From the human T2T-CHM13v2.0 reference genome, Homo sapiens, in the NCBI RefSeq assembly GCF_009914755.1, contig NC_060946.1: DNA of 64,000 bases; one strand, written 5' to 3'. The position numbers and the translations under genes are program-made. Positions 1-12,957 of the stretch are shown piece by piece; position 1 is the first letter of the stretch; each line of letters begins with the position of its first letter. The notes under the pieces were generated by a model that saw only the letters and a list, made by a program, of their open reading frames with translations, had not been told where the DNA came from and made no database searches.

Positions 1-3000
1 ACTGACAGAGGGAACGGAGGGAGCCAGGGAGAGAGGGGGGGAGATACAAAGGCAGAAAGAGAGAGAGGGAGGGAGAGACAGAGAGGCAGATAGATGGAGA
101 GGCAGAGAGACAGTGAGGAAAAGTCAGAGACCCAGACAGAGAGGGAGAGAAAGAGAGGCAGAGGGAGAGAAAGAGGACGAAACAAATGTTTCAAATGTGA
201 AAAAATAGGTCACTTCAAAAGAGAATGTCCTGAATGGGAAAAAGAAACAAAAGTCATATATAAAAGCAGATCAGCTAATATTAAATTTCTGTTAATTCCA
301 GAGGCAGGAACATATCTATTAGGGAGAGATTTAATGCTAAAATTTGGCTTAGGCCTTTATATTAATCAGGGAAAATTTCTCATCTCCTTAAACCTACTCA
401 CCACCACGGATGAAGAGCGTATCCATCCTGACACATGGTCAAAAGAAGAAAATTGGGGGAAATTACAGTTCCTCCAATCAAGCCCAAATTAAAAACTCCT
501 GGGGAGGTAGTAAAAAACCAAAATCTTTCTTTTGAAAGCTGAGGGAATAACCTCACAGACCAAATAGCCAAACAAGCTGCCATTTCCTCTGAAACGCCCA
601 TGTTTCACCTCACCCCTTGCCTTTCTCCCCCAACCGCCATTGCCATCTTCTCCCCTGCTGAAAAGGAGAAATTAATAAGAATAGGAACCAAGGAAAACTC
701 AGAAGGGAAATGGGTGTTACCAGATCAAAGAGAAATGCTATCCAAACCTCTCATGAGGGAGGTTTTATCTCAGCTGCATCAAGGAACCCACTGGAGACCT
801 CAAGCTATGTGTGATGCAGTTCTTAGAGACTATGGATGTATAGGAATTTATACTCTAGCAAAACAAGCTACAGATAGTTGTTTAATATGCAAAAAAACTA
901 ATAAGCAAACCCTAAGAAAACCATCCTTTGGAGGAAGAAACCCAGGAAATTAAGGCCATTCCAAAGCATCCAGATAGATTACACCAAAATGGCCTCAATA
1001 GGTCACCTAAAGTATCTACCAGTAATAGTGGATCACCTTACTCGCTGGGTAGAAGCTATTCCCTTTTCAAGTGTAGCCACCAGTAATGTAGTTTAGACAT
1101 TAACTGAAAATATTATACCTAGGTTTGGATTAATAGAAAATATTGATTCAGATAATGGAAACTATTTCCCTGCACATGTCATTAAAAAGCTAGCCCAAGT
1201 ATTACAAATAAGATGGGAATACCATATCCCTGGCACCCACCTTTATCAGAAAGAGTAGAAAGAATGAACCAAATCCTAAAAAGCCACCTAATCAAACTAG
1301 TTTTAGAGACTCGACTACCTTCCTATTGCCTAATTGAGGGTCCGAACTGCCCCTCGGAAAGATATTGGCTTATCTCCTTAAGAAATGCTATACGGGTTGC
1401 CTTATTTACACTCCACTGCTGACATTCCTACATTTGAAACTAAAGATCAATTTCTCAAGAACTATATAATTGGTCTGTCTTCCACTTTCTCTTCCCTCAG
1501 AACTAAAGACCTTTTAGCACTGACACCACCCTTGGAGCTCCCAGCACATCAGCATCAGCCTGGGATCACATTCTCATCAAAAGCTGGAAAGAAGGAAAAC
1601 TCGAACCGGCTTGGGAAGGACACTATCTAGTGCTTCTAACTACAGAAATTGCTGTCCGCACAGCTGAAAGGGGATGGACACCCCACACACAAGTGAAAGG
1701 AGTGATTTTCACAGCGAGAGAAAAATGGGCCGTCACCCCAGGGCCCACCCGCACCAAATTAAAAAGGGCTGAATAATCATTTGTTTATTTTCCCTTTTCT
1801 TTCCAACAGAAAGTCACCTCATCATCAGTGTGCCTCAAACTAATCGTCCCTTAACCCTCCAGTTCGATGCTTGTTCAGTCACCTCATGTAGAGATGAACG
1901 AGCTCAAAGGCAGCTATCAAATGTAGATAAGTATCTGTGTCCGTACCGTAGTGAGTCAACCAAGTATAAGTATAGAGCCTTAAAAAGTCCCTGTGGTGAC
2001 TGGACAGATGTTTGGTGGACCACCCAATATGGAGGGTGGACAGCCAGGCCCCCTTTTTCAAACAATTCTGAGGACTGAAACAGAAACTCCAACTTATTCG
2101 TGGTACCACCCCACCAAATTGTAAGTCATTGCAGTGTAACCCCTTATTGCTAATTATAGATAATCCCCAAACAATGACCCAAGAACCCTCCATATTCGAA
2201 TGATATGGGTTAGGAGCAGATGTTACAGGACAGGACCCCATAGGAATCTTCTTTCTGAGGTTGGCTAGACCATCAGTTAAAAACAATAAAGAAATCCAGA
2301 CCCAGAGTCCAGGGAACCTATGGGAGCCAATGCTCTCCCCAAACATATCAGGCTCAGCATTCTCTTCTCATCTCCAGAATGACCCAACTAAGGTAATGGT
2401 TGTGGAGGTAAAAGATTTAAAGCAGACTACAGCTCTAGAGACAGGGTACAAAGACGCAAATGCCTGGCTGGAATGGATTAAATCTCCTGTCCACACTCTA
2501 AACAAAAGCAATTGTTACACTTGTGCACATGGCAGGCCAGAGGCCCTGATTGTCCCCTTTCCACTTGGAAGGTCCTCCAGCCAACCAGGCATGAACTGTA
2601 TGGTAGCTGTCTTCCAACACCCCACAGCCTGGGGTAATGAATTATGCTGAACTCTCTCTCTGCTATTTCCTGAAGTCCAGCACCCTGTGGGTCAGCCCCT
2701 GAGGGCCATCCAGCTTCTGTCTCCTGATGCAAGTTTCACCCCATGTCTCTCACGACAAGGGGAAAACTTAGCATTTCTTGGAGACCTAAAGGGATGCAGT
2801 GAGCTTAAGCCATTCCAAGAGCTGATCAATCAGTCTGCCCTGATCCATCCCTGAGCAGATGTATGGTGGTATTGCTGCGGACCATTACTAGACACTTCCA
2901 AGTAACTGGAGCGGCACTTGCACTCTGATCTAATTGGCCATCCCTTTCACTCTGACATTTTGTCAACCAAAAAGGATAAAGACAAAGCATCATAAAACAA

Positions 3001-3743
3001 AAGATGCTCCTCATGGGTCCTTTGACTCTCATGCTTATATAGATGTCATTGGAGTCCAGAGAGGAGTGCCAGATGAATCTAAGCCCCAAAATCAGATAGT
3101 TGCAGGGTTTGAGTCCATACTATTCTGGTGGTTGACTGTAAATAAAAATGTAGATTGGATAAATTACATCTATTACAACCAGCAAGGATTTGTTAACTAT
3201 ACTAGAGATGCTATTAAAAGGATAGCTAAACAGTTAGGACCCACCAGCCAAATGGTTTGGGAAAATAGAATAGCATTAGACATGATACTAGCAGAGAAAG
3301 GTGGAGTCTGTGTTATGAGTGGAACTCAATGTTGTACTTTTATACCTAGTAATACTGCTCCTGATGGAACCATAACAAAAGCATTACAAGGTCTTACTGC
3401 TTTATCCAATGAAGTAGCTAAAAATTCAGGAATAAACGATCCCTTCACTAATTTAATGGAGAAATGGTTCAGCAAATGGAAAAGACTTATGTCCTCAATC
3501 TTTACTTCTCTTGACATTGTAATAGGTTTGCTTATTCTTGTAGAATGTTGTATCATACCCTGCACCTGAGGCCTACTACAAAGGCTTATTGAAACAACTC
3601 TCACTAAAACCTTTTTCAAATCCACCGCCCCCCCACCTTATTCAGATAAGCTCCTACTTTTAGAAAACCAAGCAGAACAACAGAGTCAAGGCATGTTAAA
3701 AAGGTTTGAAGAGGAAGAATTATAAAAATCAAAAGGGGGAAAC
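1..3743 (+). mobile_element. Defective ERV1 internal region (HERV-I/HERVIP10-like): gag NC, pro, RNase H end, integrase and env remnants; continues upstream of the window
   Basis: CCHC zinc knuckle CFKCEKIGHFKREC at 187-228; protease motif LLGRDLM; integrase pieces (LHQGTHW...C-LI-C, WHPPLSERVERMNQILK); env TM with ENRIALDMILAEKGGVC plus CX6CC; polypurine tract AAAAGGGGGAAA at 3731-3742. Many stops and frameshifts. Confidence 0.9.
1770..3725 (+). pseudogene. ERV env pseudogene (SU fragmented; TM portion open 2934-3569)
   Basis: ORFs 1830-2078, 2261-2650 and 2934-3569 are consecutive env pieces. Immunosuppressive-domain-like peptide, CVMSGTQCC and a hydrophobic anchor are present. Premature TGA at 3567-3569. 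Confidence 0.85.
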
Positions 3744-4297
3744 TGTCAGATACAGTAAGTTCCTCTTAAAAGGCTTAATTTCTGAATTCCTTGTTCTTTC
3801 TTCCTGAGATCAACTTCCTTGTCCCTTCTCCTAAGCTACCTGCTCTGTAAACAACTTCTCCCACCAGTCCCAATCTGTAACTCACATCTCTTCCTTATTT
3901 GGAAAGAGTCCTCTTTTACTCCTGGCTACCCATTCTGTAAACTAACCCTCCCACGAAACTACCCTTCCCGCCTTTGCCACACCCTGACTTGCCCAAACGT
4001 ACCTTGTACCATAACAGACAGCCTCTCCCTTCCCACCTAATTAGCCATATTCAATTTTAAATAGTAGCCAATCGGGTCAGTGTAGATTGTGCAGTACAAC
4101 TCCAGCCAATGGGGACAGGACACAGAAGCAGGGACTAACCACATTAGGGATGAAAACCCCTTCCCTCCTTCATTTGGTGTGCTCTCGCAGCAGCCAGAGG
4201 TGTGAGTGGCACCCTTCTGCAGAAGTAAATTTGCCTTGCCGAGAAATCCTGTTTGAGTGCTCATTTTCCTTGTGACTCTGAGCTCTTGTTTCTAACA
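3744..4297 (+). mobile_element. 3' LTR of the provirus, LTR10 family
   Basis: Starts TGTCAGA right after the polypurine tract and ends TTTCTAACA. Two CCAAT boxes; AGTAAA polyA-signal variant at 4224-4229. Terminal motifs resemble the LTR at 54792-55379. Confidence 0.85.
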
Positions 4298-4627
4298 AAT
4301 CCAGTGAACCACACAAATATACTAGCCAATTTTCTCCAATCCCCACCATTCTGCCTTATGTGCTGATCTAGTGAGGAATCAAATAGGAAGAGAGACCCAT
4401 GGATTTCTATGCAGCCTGGGAAGTGAGTTCATGGATGCACTCAGTTGTAACACCAGACACCTGTCTGCCGTTTGCTGTTTAGCATTCACAGGGCCCAGCA
4501 GCTGTGTCCTCCCAGGGTGCCTGGAGCATCACTGACCACACCCTCCTACCTCCCACCCACCTACTCCTCAAAAAGAAAAATCAGACTCGGCATCTTATGT
4601 GAGGGGCACAGCCAGGGGTCAGGATAG

Positions 4628-4635
4628 ATTTCCAC
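4628..4635 (+). promoter_or_regulatory. Decayed Ig V promoter octamer (ATTTCCAC vs ATTTGCAT)
   Basis: Lies 100 bp upstream of the leader ATG, the usual position for V-lambda promoters; 2 mismatches. Confidence 0.5.
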
Positions 4636-4779
4636 TGAGTCCCCTCCCCTAAGAGACACCAGGGAAGAGGGGTTGTTCCGCCTAATCTATGTGGCTCAGG
4701 AAGCAGAGCACTACAGACATCTCTACCATGGCCTGGACCCTCTCTTCCTCACCCTCCTGAGTCTCTGCAAAGGTGGCTG

Positions 4780-5384
4780 TGACATGACTCTGATGACTGG
4801 AGAAACACCAGGGTCCTTTGTCTCACACTGAGAAAATTAGTGACATGGACACACATTGAGTGGTTTTAAGGAACAGAAAGTTTAATAGGCAAGAAAGAAG
4901 AAAACAGCTCCCCCATACAGAGGGAGGAGGGATCCTAATGGAAAATCCCACATGCAATGGAAAACAGCTGATTATATTGGGAGGCTGGAGGAGGCAGTGT
5001 CTGATTTGCAAAGGGCCCAGGGGATTGGTTTGACCAGGTGTGACATTCATGCAGCCTGTAAAAAAAACTGGCCCTCCCACCTTAGCCTTTTAATATGCAA
5101 ATGCAGGTCACCATGATGTCCTGCACATGTGGCTTTTATCTGGAGGCTGCCATGACACCTGGCACACGTGGTGACAAAAAGAGGAGGGCGAAAGCCACCA
5201 TATTGGGTGGACCTGGCTTCTAGCCACCAGCATTTGCATATCAGTGCTTGCCAGTCTGGTTTTTCAAGCTGCTTTCTGTTAGCAAAGAAATGGTTTGGGG
5301 GTCGCTTTTTATTAAAGGAAAATTCCACCGAGAACTTACACCATTTCTAGCTGCCTAAAAATTATTTCTTAATGACTCCTGTTA
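4780..5384 (-). mobile_element. 3' LTR (MER61-like)
   Basis: Aligns along its length with 9773-10383 and abuts the polypurine tract. Confidence 0.88.
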
Positions 5385-6587
5385 TTTCCCCCCTCAGGAG
5401 AAGTAAACCTAACTGTCGTTAGGGGATGTTGGACAACAATTCTTTCTGGCTACTTCCTTCTGGAAAGGGGCGTCATGTAAGGGGACAGCAGTTGGGCCTC
5501 CTCCTGAGGTTGATCTAAGGATTCTCTGAAGAATGGCATGTCCATGTGTGGCTCTGTCTGCAGCATTATTTGGAGTTTGATTGCTTCTAGGTGAAAAGAG
5601 ATAAATCTTACAAGAAGGTTTAAAATATAGGGTTAGAATATGAGTATTAAGATTACCACTGTTAGTGGGGGTACTATAGACCACAACTATGACAGCAGAG
5701 TTTGATACTTGTTAGTTACACCAGTGGATTGTAATACTGGGTTGTCTCCACTAGATGTCACTGAATATTACCAGAAAGATTAATATGAAAGTGACATTTT
5801 TCCTTGAGAAAACCATACATTTCCCCCTTTACTTGCCATTAGTGAATAGTTTTAGGCTTAGACCATTTTTATAACTTGCAATATAATTGGGAGAAATACA
5901 TTATTGGGTGGCTAAATTAACTTTAGTGTTAATCTTGACAATTCCTTTTCTTTAATTATTAAATTATTTCATGACTTTCACAGACCCTCTTACAACATAC
6001 TCAAACTTTCCGACTTGTCCTAAACATCCTTCCTTTAAATAACCAGTCATTTGCTTTTAGGACAAGAATTTCCCACACAAGATCTTTTCTTATATAAAGT
6101 TCCTTCTTTTATAACCTTCTTTCTATAGCTTAGAGTGCACCATACAACCAGTCTTCAATAAAAAGTCCTATCAAACTTAATGATAGTAAAACTTTCATGC
6201 TATATCCATAACTATTACTCCTGCTATAAGCAAAACAGCCTTGACTAAATCTTTCCTGCAATTGTTAATCCTGTTATAAGGATGATAATTAGACAAGATG
6301 TTACAGCAATTAGAATTTTACAACCAGAATTCCACATTGTGAGTGCCATAGTGTATAGTTCTATTGCAAATAGTAGTGTGACTGTAACAATTCCCACAAG
6401 ACTGGCATAGTAAATAATTTCCATTGAAAACTTTACTTGCCAAGATATAACATTTCCCTTTGGGAATCTACAAGGTTACAAATGCAATTCTATGAATAAT
6501 CAAAATCTCCCTGCGAATATGCATTAAAAAGAAGTTCTAATATTTGGTGGCAAATTTTTAGAGGAAGGGGTACAAATAATAAAAAGT

Positions 6588-7129
<542 letters not shown>

Positions 7130-9071
7130 TCACTCAGTTACTTATCTTTTATGATTTTCAGCTTAAGATCTTCTATTTCTCCACTTTGATATTCAGGACG
7201 TTCCTCTGGGCTGTCAGGGGTTGCTCCCTCAGGCATTCAGGCTTTGACTTGAGTGTGATGTATTCAGAAGTTGACACCTGTAACTTTTGCTGCCAAGGGG
7301 GTTGAAAGAGAACAGTGTAGGGCCCTTCGCAGCTTGGCTTAGGGAAGGAGAGAGAGGTGAGAGTTTTCACTAGTACCAAATTTCCTGGGTTAAATAAAGG
7401 TGGTTCTATTTCCTGGGGCTGGGCTTCTGCCAGTTGTGTCAATTTCTGTTGGAAGTGAGGTAGAGAGGTTACATGCTTAACCAATTTATAGGTTTTCTGC
7501 CTGAAAACAGTCTCTGAGCACATTGACAAATTTTATCCTTTCCTAAGTGAAAAGCTTGGTGAAGGATTTTAAGAACTTTCCATTGGCTGGAGGCTGGCAA
7601 ATGGAGTTTGCCATCCTCTGGCTGTAGCCATCCTGAGAGATAAAAAGCATACCCTTGAGAAGTGGCCTATTCTGTTTCTGCAGGAAAATACTGAGGTTTA
7701 ATTTCTGTTATGGAGCATTCCTAGATTAGAAGGGGGCTTGAAGTGTGTTAATGCCTTGAGGCTTCCTTGCCTTTGACTTAGCTGCCTGATTAATCTATTT
7801 CCTTTGGCTACTTTATTTGCTGCCTTTTGGTGTTCCTATAATGTATCCCTGCTATTTCTCACGGCATAAAAAGTGAAGATAATAGCCTGCTAATTTTCTG
7901 GTGATATTTTACAGGAAATCCATTAGTGGTAAGAGGATGTCTTTCCTTTTAAATGGCAGCATGAGTATGGAGAGCTAAGAAAGCATACTTGGAGTCCGTG
8001 TAAATGTTGGCTACCTTTCCCTTGCTTAATTGAAGTGTTCTCGTAAGAGCTATTAGTTCAGCTAATTAAGTGCTTGTGTCTGGGGAGAGATGTTGTTTAG
8101 AGTGACTACTGCTTATCCTGCCTTATGTATTTCTTGCTTTACCGGCTGTTAGTTAAAAGCGCCCCCTAAAGGACAGTAATCCTGCCACATTACGTGGGGT
8201 GTAAACAGTTAAGTTCTTTCCCAGGATTAATTTGGAGGCTTTTCTAACTGTAAAGCTATCATGACAATGGCTTGGAAGCATGTGTAAATAGGTCCTCCTA
8301 ACTGCAACTAAGGTTGAGAAAAATATTGTACTAGAGTTTTTCCTGAGATGTTCCTTATGGTGATGCTATGAGAAGAGGGGAGGCCTGGATTAGAGAGAAG
8401 AAAAGAGAGAGATTGGCTTTAGTATTTAGAAGGACATCTACTTTCCTTCAATTTCCAGAATCACCCAGGTCCTGGCACCCTGTTAAATGTGCCACCCATG
8501 TTTGCAAGCGTGACCCTCCAAGCCATGGCACCAGAGGAACTAAGCTTGTGGGCCTAGTCGTGCTACCCCAAGCAGCTCTAGTCCTCTGCCTATGATTTCC
8601 CTTTGACTTCCTAGACTTGTGTGATCTGTGTGTCTCACCCCACCCCCACCCCCAAAAAAATAGATCTTGGCAGAAACTATATGGAAGGAAAGGCTCCTTT
8701 AATGGAGGGAATGTGCTAGATTGCCTGCTATTATGGCCTGTGCTAAAGCATTTACCCTTAGAAAAATGGTTCCAGTTAACTTCCAGACTTAAAATCTCCT
8801 TACTAATTAAGTACTGTTTTAATCGGAGAGAGAACAGGTGTCTTAAAGGAACGCGGGGACCTAATGGCGACTTTCCTGCTAATGGGACAGTATCGGGGCA
8901 CAAATTCGGCTGCAGAGGAATTTTACTCCTAATAGTTAAAAGCAGAATTTTCCCGTTCACAGGAGCAGCATAAATCCTGGTTTCCAGTAGAAAGGTGCAA
9001 AAAGAAAAAAATTGAGAAGCTGCGGTGTACCGCGGAGATCAGCAATGTGTCGCATAAAGAGGATTTTATTT

Positions 9072-9086
9072 CCACTAGGTGGCGCT
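9072..9086 (+). promoter_or_regulatory. Consensus CTCF core motif in the ERV leader region
   Basis: CCACTAGGTGGCGCT matches CCASYAGRKGGCRSY at every position. Binding is not shown. Confidence 0.6.
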
Positions 9087-9772
9087 GTTGGCCTAGAAAT
9101 ACCATGTGCTCACCAGAGGAATTTTAGGGAGTAACCTCACTGAGGGGCAAAGGAAGACTTCTGTTCCTAGAAGATTGCAATGGCATTTTCCTGAGCTATC
9201 TCCCCAGTTACTACAGCATTTTCTGATCTTGCCTACCAGGATTACTTCCCTACGCTGTAAAAATTCCCGCACATTTGACACACAGAGAGAGTAAGAGACA
9301 TAACGACCACGGATAAAAAAGGAAGAAGGTTCTGCGACAGGATAGCTAGGGATCCTTTACCAACATCCAGAGCAGGCCGTTGGAGGCTGGGTCCAGTCCC
9401 GAAACCTTTGAATAACACCAGGCTGTGCCCTGGCCAGAAATTCTCAGTTGCTTCAGAACTTTTCCCAGCCTCACGCGATGGCTAAGTTTCCCCATGAAAA
9501 GAAACTGATTTGAAGCATGACCAACATTCCCAAAGACCCGTGAGTATTGCGGGTTCTCCGTGTTCTGACCAGCAAGCCTAACACTCAAGTCTTTAGAACA
9601 ACAGCCATGATAAGCGTATTTAGACGGCCAATGGATGCCCATAATTGATTTGATTTTGATTTTAAAATAGAGACCAAGAACCTCTGAATGACAGAACAGA
9701 CTTTGAGTTCACTCCTCTAATCACTACGTCGATGAATGTTGTACCTTGGATTCCCAGTGAAGGCACCAGAAA

Positions 9773-10383
9773 GGATACGGCTCTGATGACTGGAGAAACA
9801 CCAGGGTCTTTTGTCTCATTCTGAGAAAATTAGCAACATGGATGGACATATGTGGAGTGGTTTTAAGGAGTGGAAAGTTTAACAGGCAAGAGAGAAGAAA
9901 AACAGCTCCCCCATAGAGAGGGAGAAGGGCTCCGAACGGAAAACCCTACATGTGGTGGACAGCAGCTGGTTATATTGGGAGGCTGGAGGAGGCAGTGTCT
10001 GATTTGCACAGGGCCCAGGGAATGAGTTTGACCAGGTGTGTCATTCACGCAGCCTGTAAAAAAACTGGCCCTCCCACCCTAGCCTTTTAATATGAAAATT
10101 CAGGTTGCCATGATGTCCTGCACATGTGGCTTTTATGTGGAAGCTGCCGTGACACCTGGCACATGTGGTGACAAGGAGAAGAGGGCGAAAGCCACCATAT
10201 TGGGTGGACCTGGCTTCTAGCCACCAGCATTTGTGTATCAATGCTTGCCAGTCTGGTTTTTCAAGCCGCTTTCTGTTAGCAAAGAAATGGTTTGGGGGTC
10301 GCTTTTTATTAAAAGAAAATTCCACCAAGAACTTTCACCCTTTCTTGCTGCCTAAAAATTATTTATTAATAACTCCTGTAGTA
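9773..10383 (-). mobile_element. 5' LTR (MER61-like)
   Basis: Aligns with 4780-5384 and abuts the PBS. Confidence 0.88.
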
Positions 10384-10765
10384 GCTGGAGACAAGGAGGC
10401 AGGGATGGCACTGGGAGGACCAGGGCTCTTCCTTGCTCCCCTGGCTTACTGAGCCACCTCCCTCACCCTGTGTCTCTCTCCTGACTCTCAGGGTCCTGGG
10501 CAGTCAGAACTCACTTGGTAACTTGCACAGTCTGTCTGTGGCTAAACCAGTCACCATCTCCTGCACTGGAAGCAGCAGCAATAAGGGTCTTGGGATTGTG
10601 TCCTGGTACCAACAATGAACAGGAAGTGTCCCCAAACCTCTGATCCATAGAAGCCAATATACACTTTTAGGGATGTAGGACTGATTCTCAAGCTATCAGT
10701 TTTCCAAAAAGGCCTTCCTGAGCATCTCTGGGCTCCAGGATGAGAACAAGGCTGATCACTAATGT

Positions 10766-10955
10766 TGGCATTAGTGATCATGTTTGTGATTTGCTATAAA
10801 ATCATCCAGCGATGGAGTAAGATGATGGGTAAAAAGGGTTGAAAGATTAAACAAGATGAGTCACACTGATGATGTCAAAGCTAGCTGATGGGTGCCAAGG
10901 ATTCATTAGACAACTCTCAGCATATTTATATAACTCAAAAATTTCCATAATAATC
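10766..10955 (+). mobile_element. Old L1M 3'UTR-like fragment abutting the V exon
   Basis: Resembles old L1 3' ends (GATTTGCTATAAAATCATCCAG...AAAATTTCCATAATAA). Confidence 0.5.
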
Positions 10956-12957
10956 ACTGCCTAAAAAAATCCATGTCTGTGATGAGAGGTATATGTCCTG
11001 CTTTTAATTGGTATGTAACCTGATTTTAACAATGTGGTATATAATCTGCTTTTAACAACGTGGACAAAATGTAAGCTTACATTCTGACTTCAAGTTGAAG
11101 CCCATCTTCTCCTAACAGGCAAAGGAGGAGCTGGGGTGGAGGCTATGAAAGGGACCGGAGCTCAGCGTTTCCCAGGACAAAGAAGTGAGTGAGGCCGGAG
11201 TCCCAGCAGAAGGACGAGGGGCTGTGAGATGGGCTATGGGAGTGTGCAGGGGCCACAACGTGCAGGTCATGCTGCTGGGGCCACAGGATTCAGGTTTTAT
11301 ATAAACAACAAGGAGCCACTGAAGGTGTTTAAGCCAGGGAGTGACATGCCACATCTGAATGAGAAGCATCTCTCTGAATTCCTTGAGGAGACAGTGTCTG
11401 AAGGAAGTGAGTGACCTGATTCTAGATTATTTACTAAAGCACCTTGTAAGTCTAGAAATCCAGGGGCCATTTACAATTAGCACAAGTGTAGATGTGGGCT
11501 ACATTGAAGAAGTGATGGTCTCTTGTCATTCTTCACAGAACTAGAAAAAACAATCCTAAAATTCATATGGAACCAAAAAAGAGCCCACATAGCCAAAGCA
11601 AGACTAAGCAAAAAGAACAAATCTGGAGGCATCACACTACCTGATTTCAAACTATACTATAAGGTCATAGTCACTAAAACAGCATGACACTGGTATAAAA
11701 ATAGGCACATAGACCAATGGAAGAGAACAGAGAATCCAGAAATAAACCCAAATACTTACAGCCAAGTGATATCCAACAAAGCAAACAAAAATATAGAGTG
11801 GGAAAATGACACCCTATTCAACAAATGGCGCTGGGATAATTGGCAAGCTAGATGTAGGAGAATGAAACTGGATCCTCATCTCTCACCTTATACAAAAATC
11901 AACTCAAGATGGATCAAGGACTTAAATATAAAATCTGAAACTATAAAACTTATAGAAAATAACATCAGAAAAACTCTTCTAGACATTGGCTTAGGCAAGG
12001 ATTTCATGACCAAGAACCCAAAAGCATATGCAACAAAAACAAAGTTCAATAGGTGGAACTTAATTAAACTAAAGAGCTAAAGAAAAAAAAGAGCTTAATT
12101 AAACTAAAGAGCTAAAGAACTAAAGAAATCAAAATAATCACTTATAGAATGATGAAATCGGTGTCTGGGAATCAGAACATGGATGTGTGAATACAGACAG
12201 TGACTGGTGAGCTGCATGGCAAAAGGAACATCAGCAGAGTAAACAGACAACCTACAGAGTGGGGAAAATTCTTCACATTCTATACATCTGACAAAGGACT
12301 GATATATCCAGAATCTACAAAGAACTCAAACAAACTAGAAAGAAAAAAAAAACTCATCAAAAAGTGGGCTAAAGGCATGAGTAGATAATTCTCAAAAGAT
12401 GATATACAAATGGCCAAGAAACATATGAAAAAATGCTCAACATCACTAATGATCAGGGAAATTCAAATCAAAACCACAATGAGATACCACCTTACCACCT
12501 GCAAGAATGGCCATAATTAACATATAATAGATGATGGCATAGATGCAGTGAAAAAGGAACACCTCTACACTGCTGGTGGGAATGTAAACTAGTACAACCA
12601 CTGTGGAAAGCAGTGTGGAGATTTTTTTAAGATCTAAACATAGAACTACCATTTGATCCAGCAATCCCACTACTGGGTATCTACCCAGAGGAAAAGAAGT
12701 CATTATACAAAAAAGATATTTGCACACACGTTTATAGCAGCACAATTCACAACTGCAAAAATGTGGAAGCAACCAAAATGCCCACAACTCAATGAGTGAA
12801 TAAAGAAACAATATATATATGATGATATACTACTCAGCCATTAAAAGGAATGAATTAATGGCATTAGTAGCAACCTGGATGGGATTGGAGACTTATTCTA
12901 AATGAAGTAACTCAAGAATGGGAAAACATTGCATGTTCTCACTCAGAAGTGGGAGCT

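Noticed and set aside
94-492. 132-aa ORF with an E/R-rich start and zinc knuckle as a domesticated gag gene
   Set aside because: The N-terminus is translation of a GA-rich low-complexity tract; the rest is a gag/pro deletion fusion within a decayed provirus.
2934-3569. 211-aa env ORF as a syncytin-like captured gene
   Set aside because: Starts at TTG, has no signal peptide, SU is broken by stops and frameshifts, the furin site is degenerate, and there is a premature stop after the anchor.
5110-5175. p53 sites in the MER61-like LTRs
   Set aside because: CATG cores are present but the flanks do not fit RRRCWWGYYY in tandem.
10862-10900. CACACTG as the RSS heptamer of the V pseudogene
   Set aside because: About 95 nt from the Cys codon, inside repeat-like sequence, and no nonamer at 23-bp spacing.
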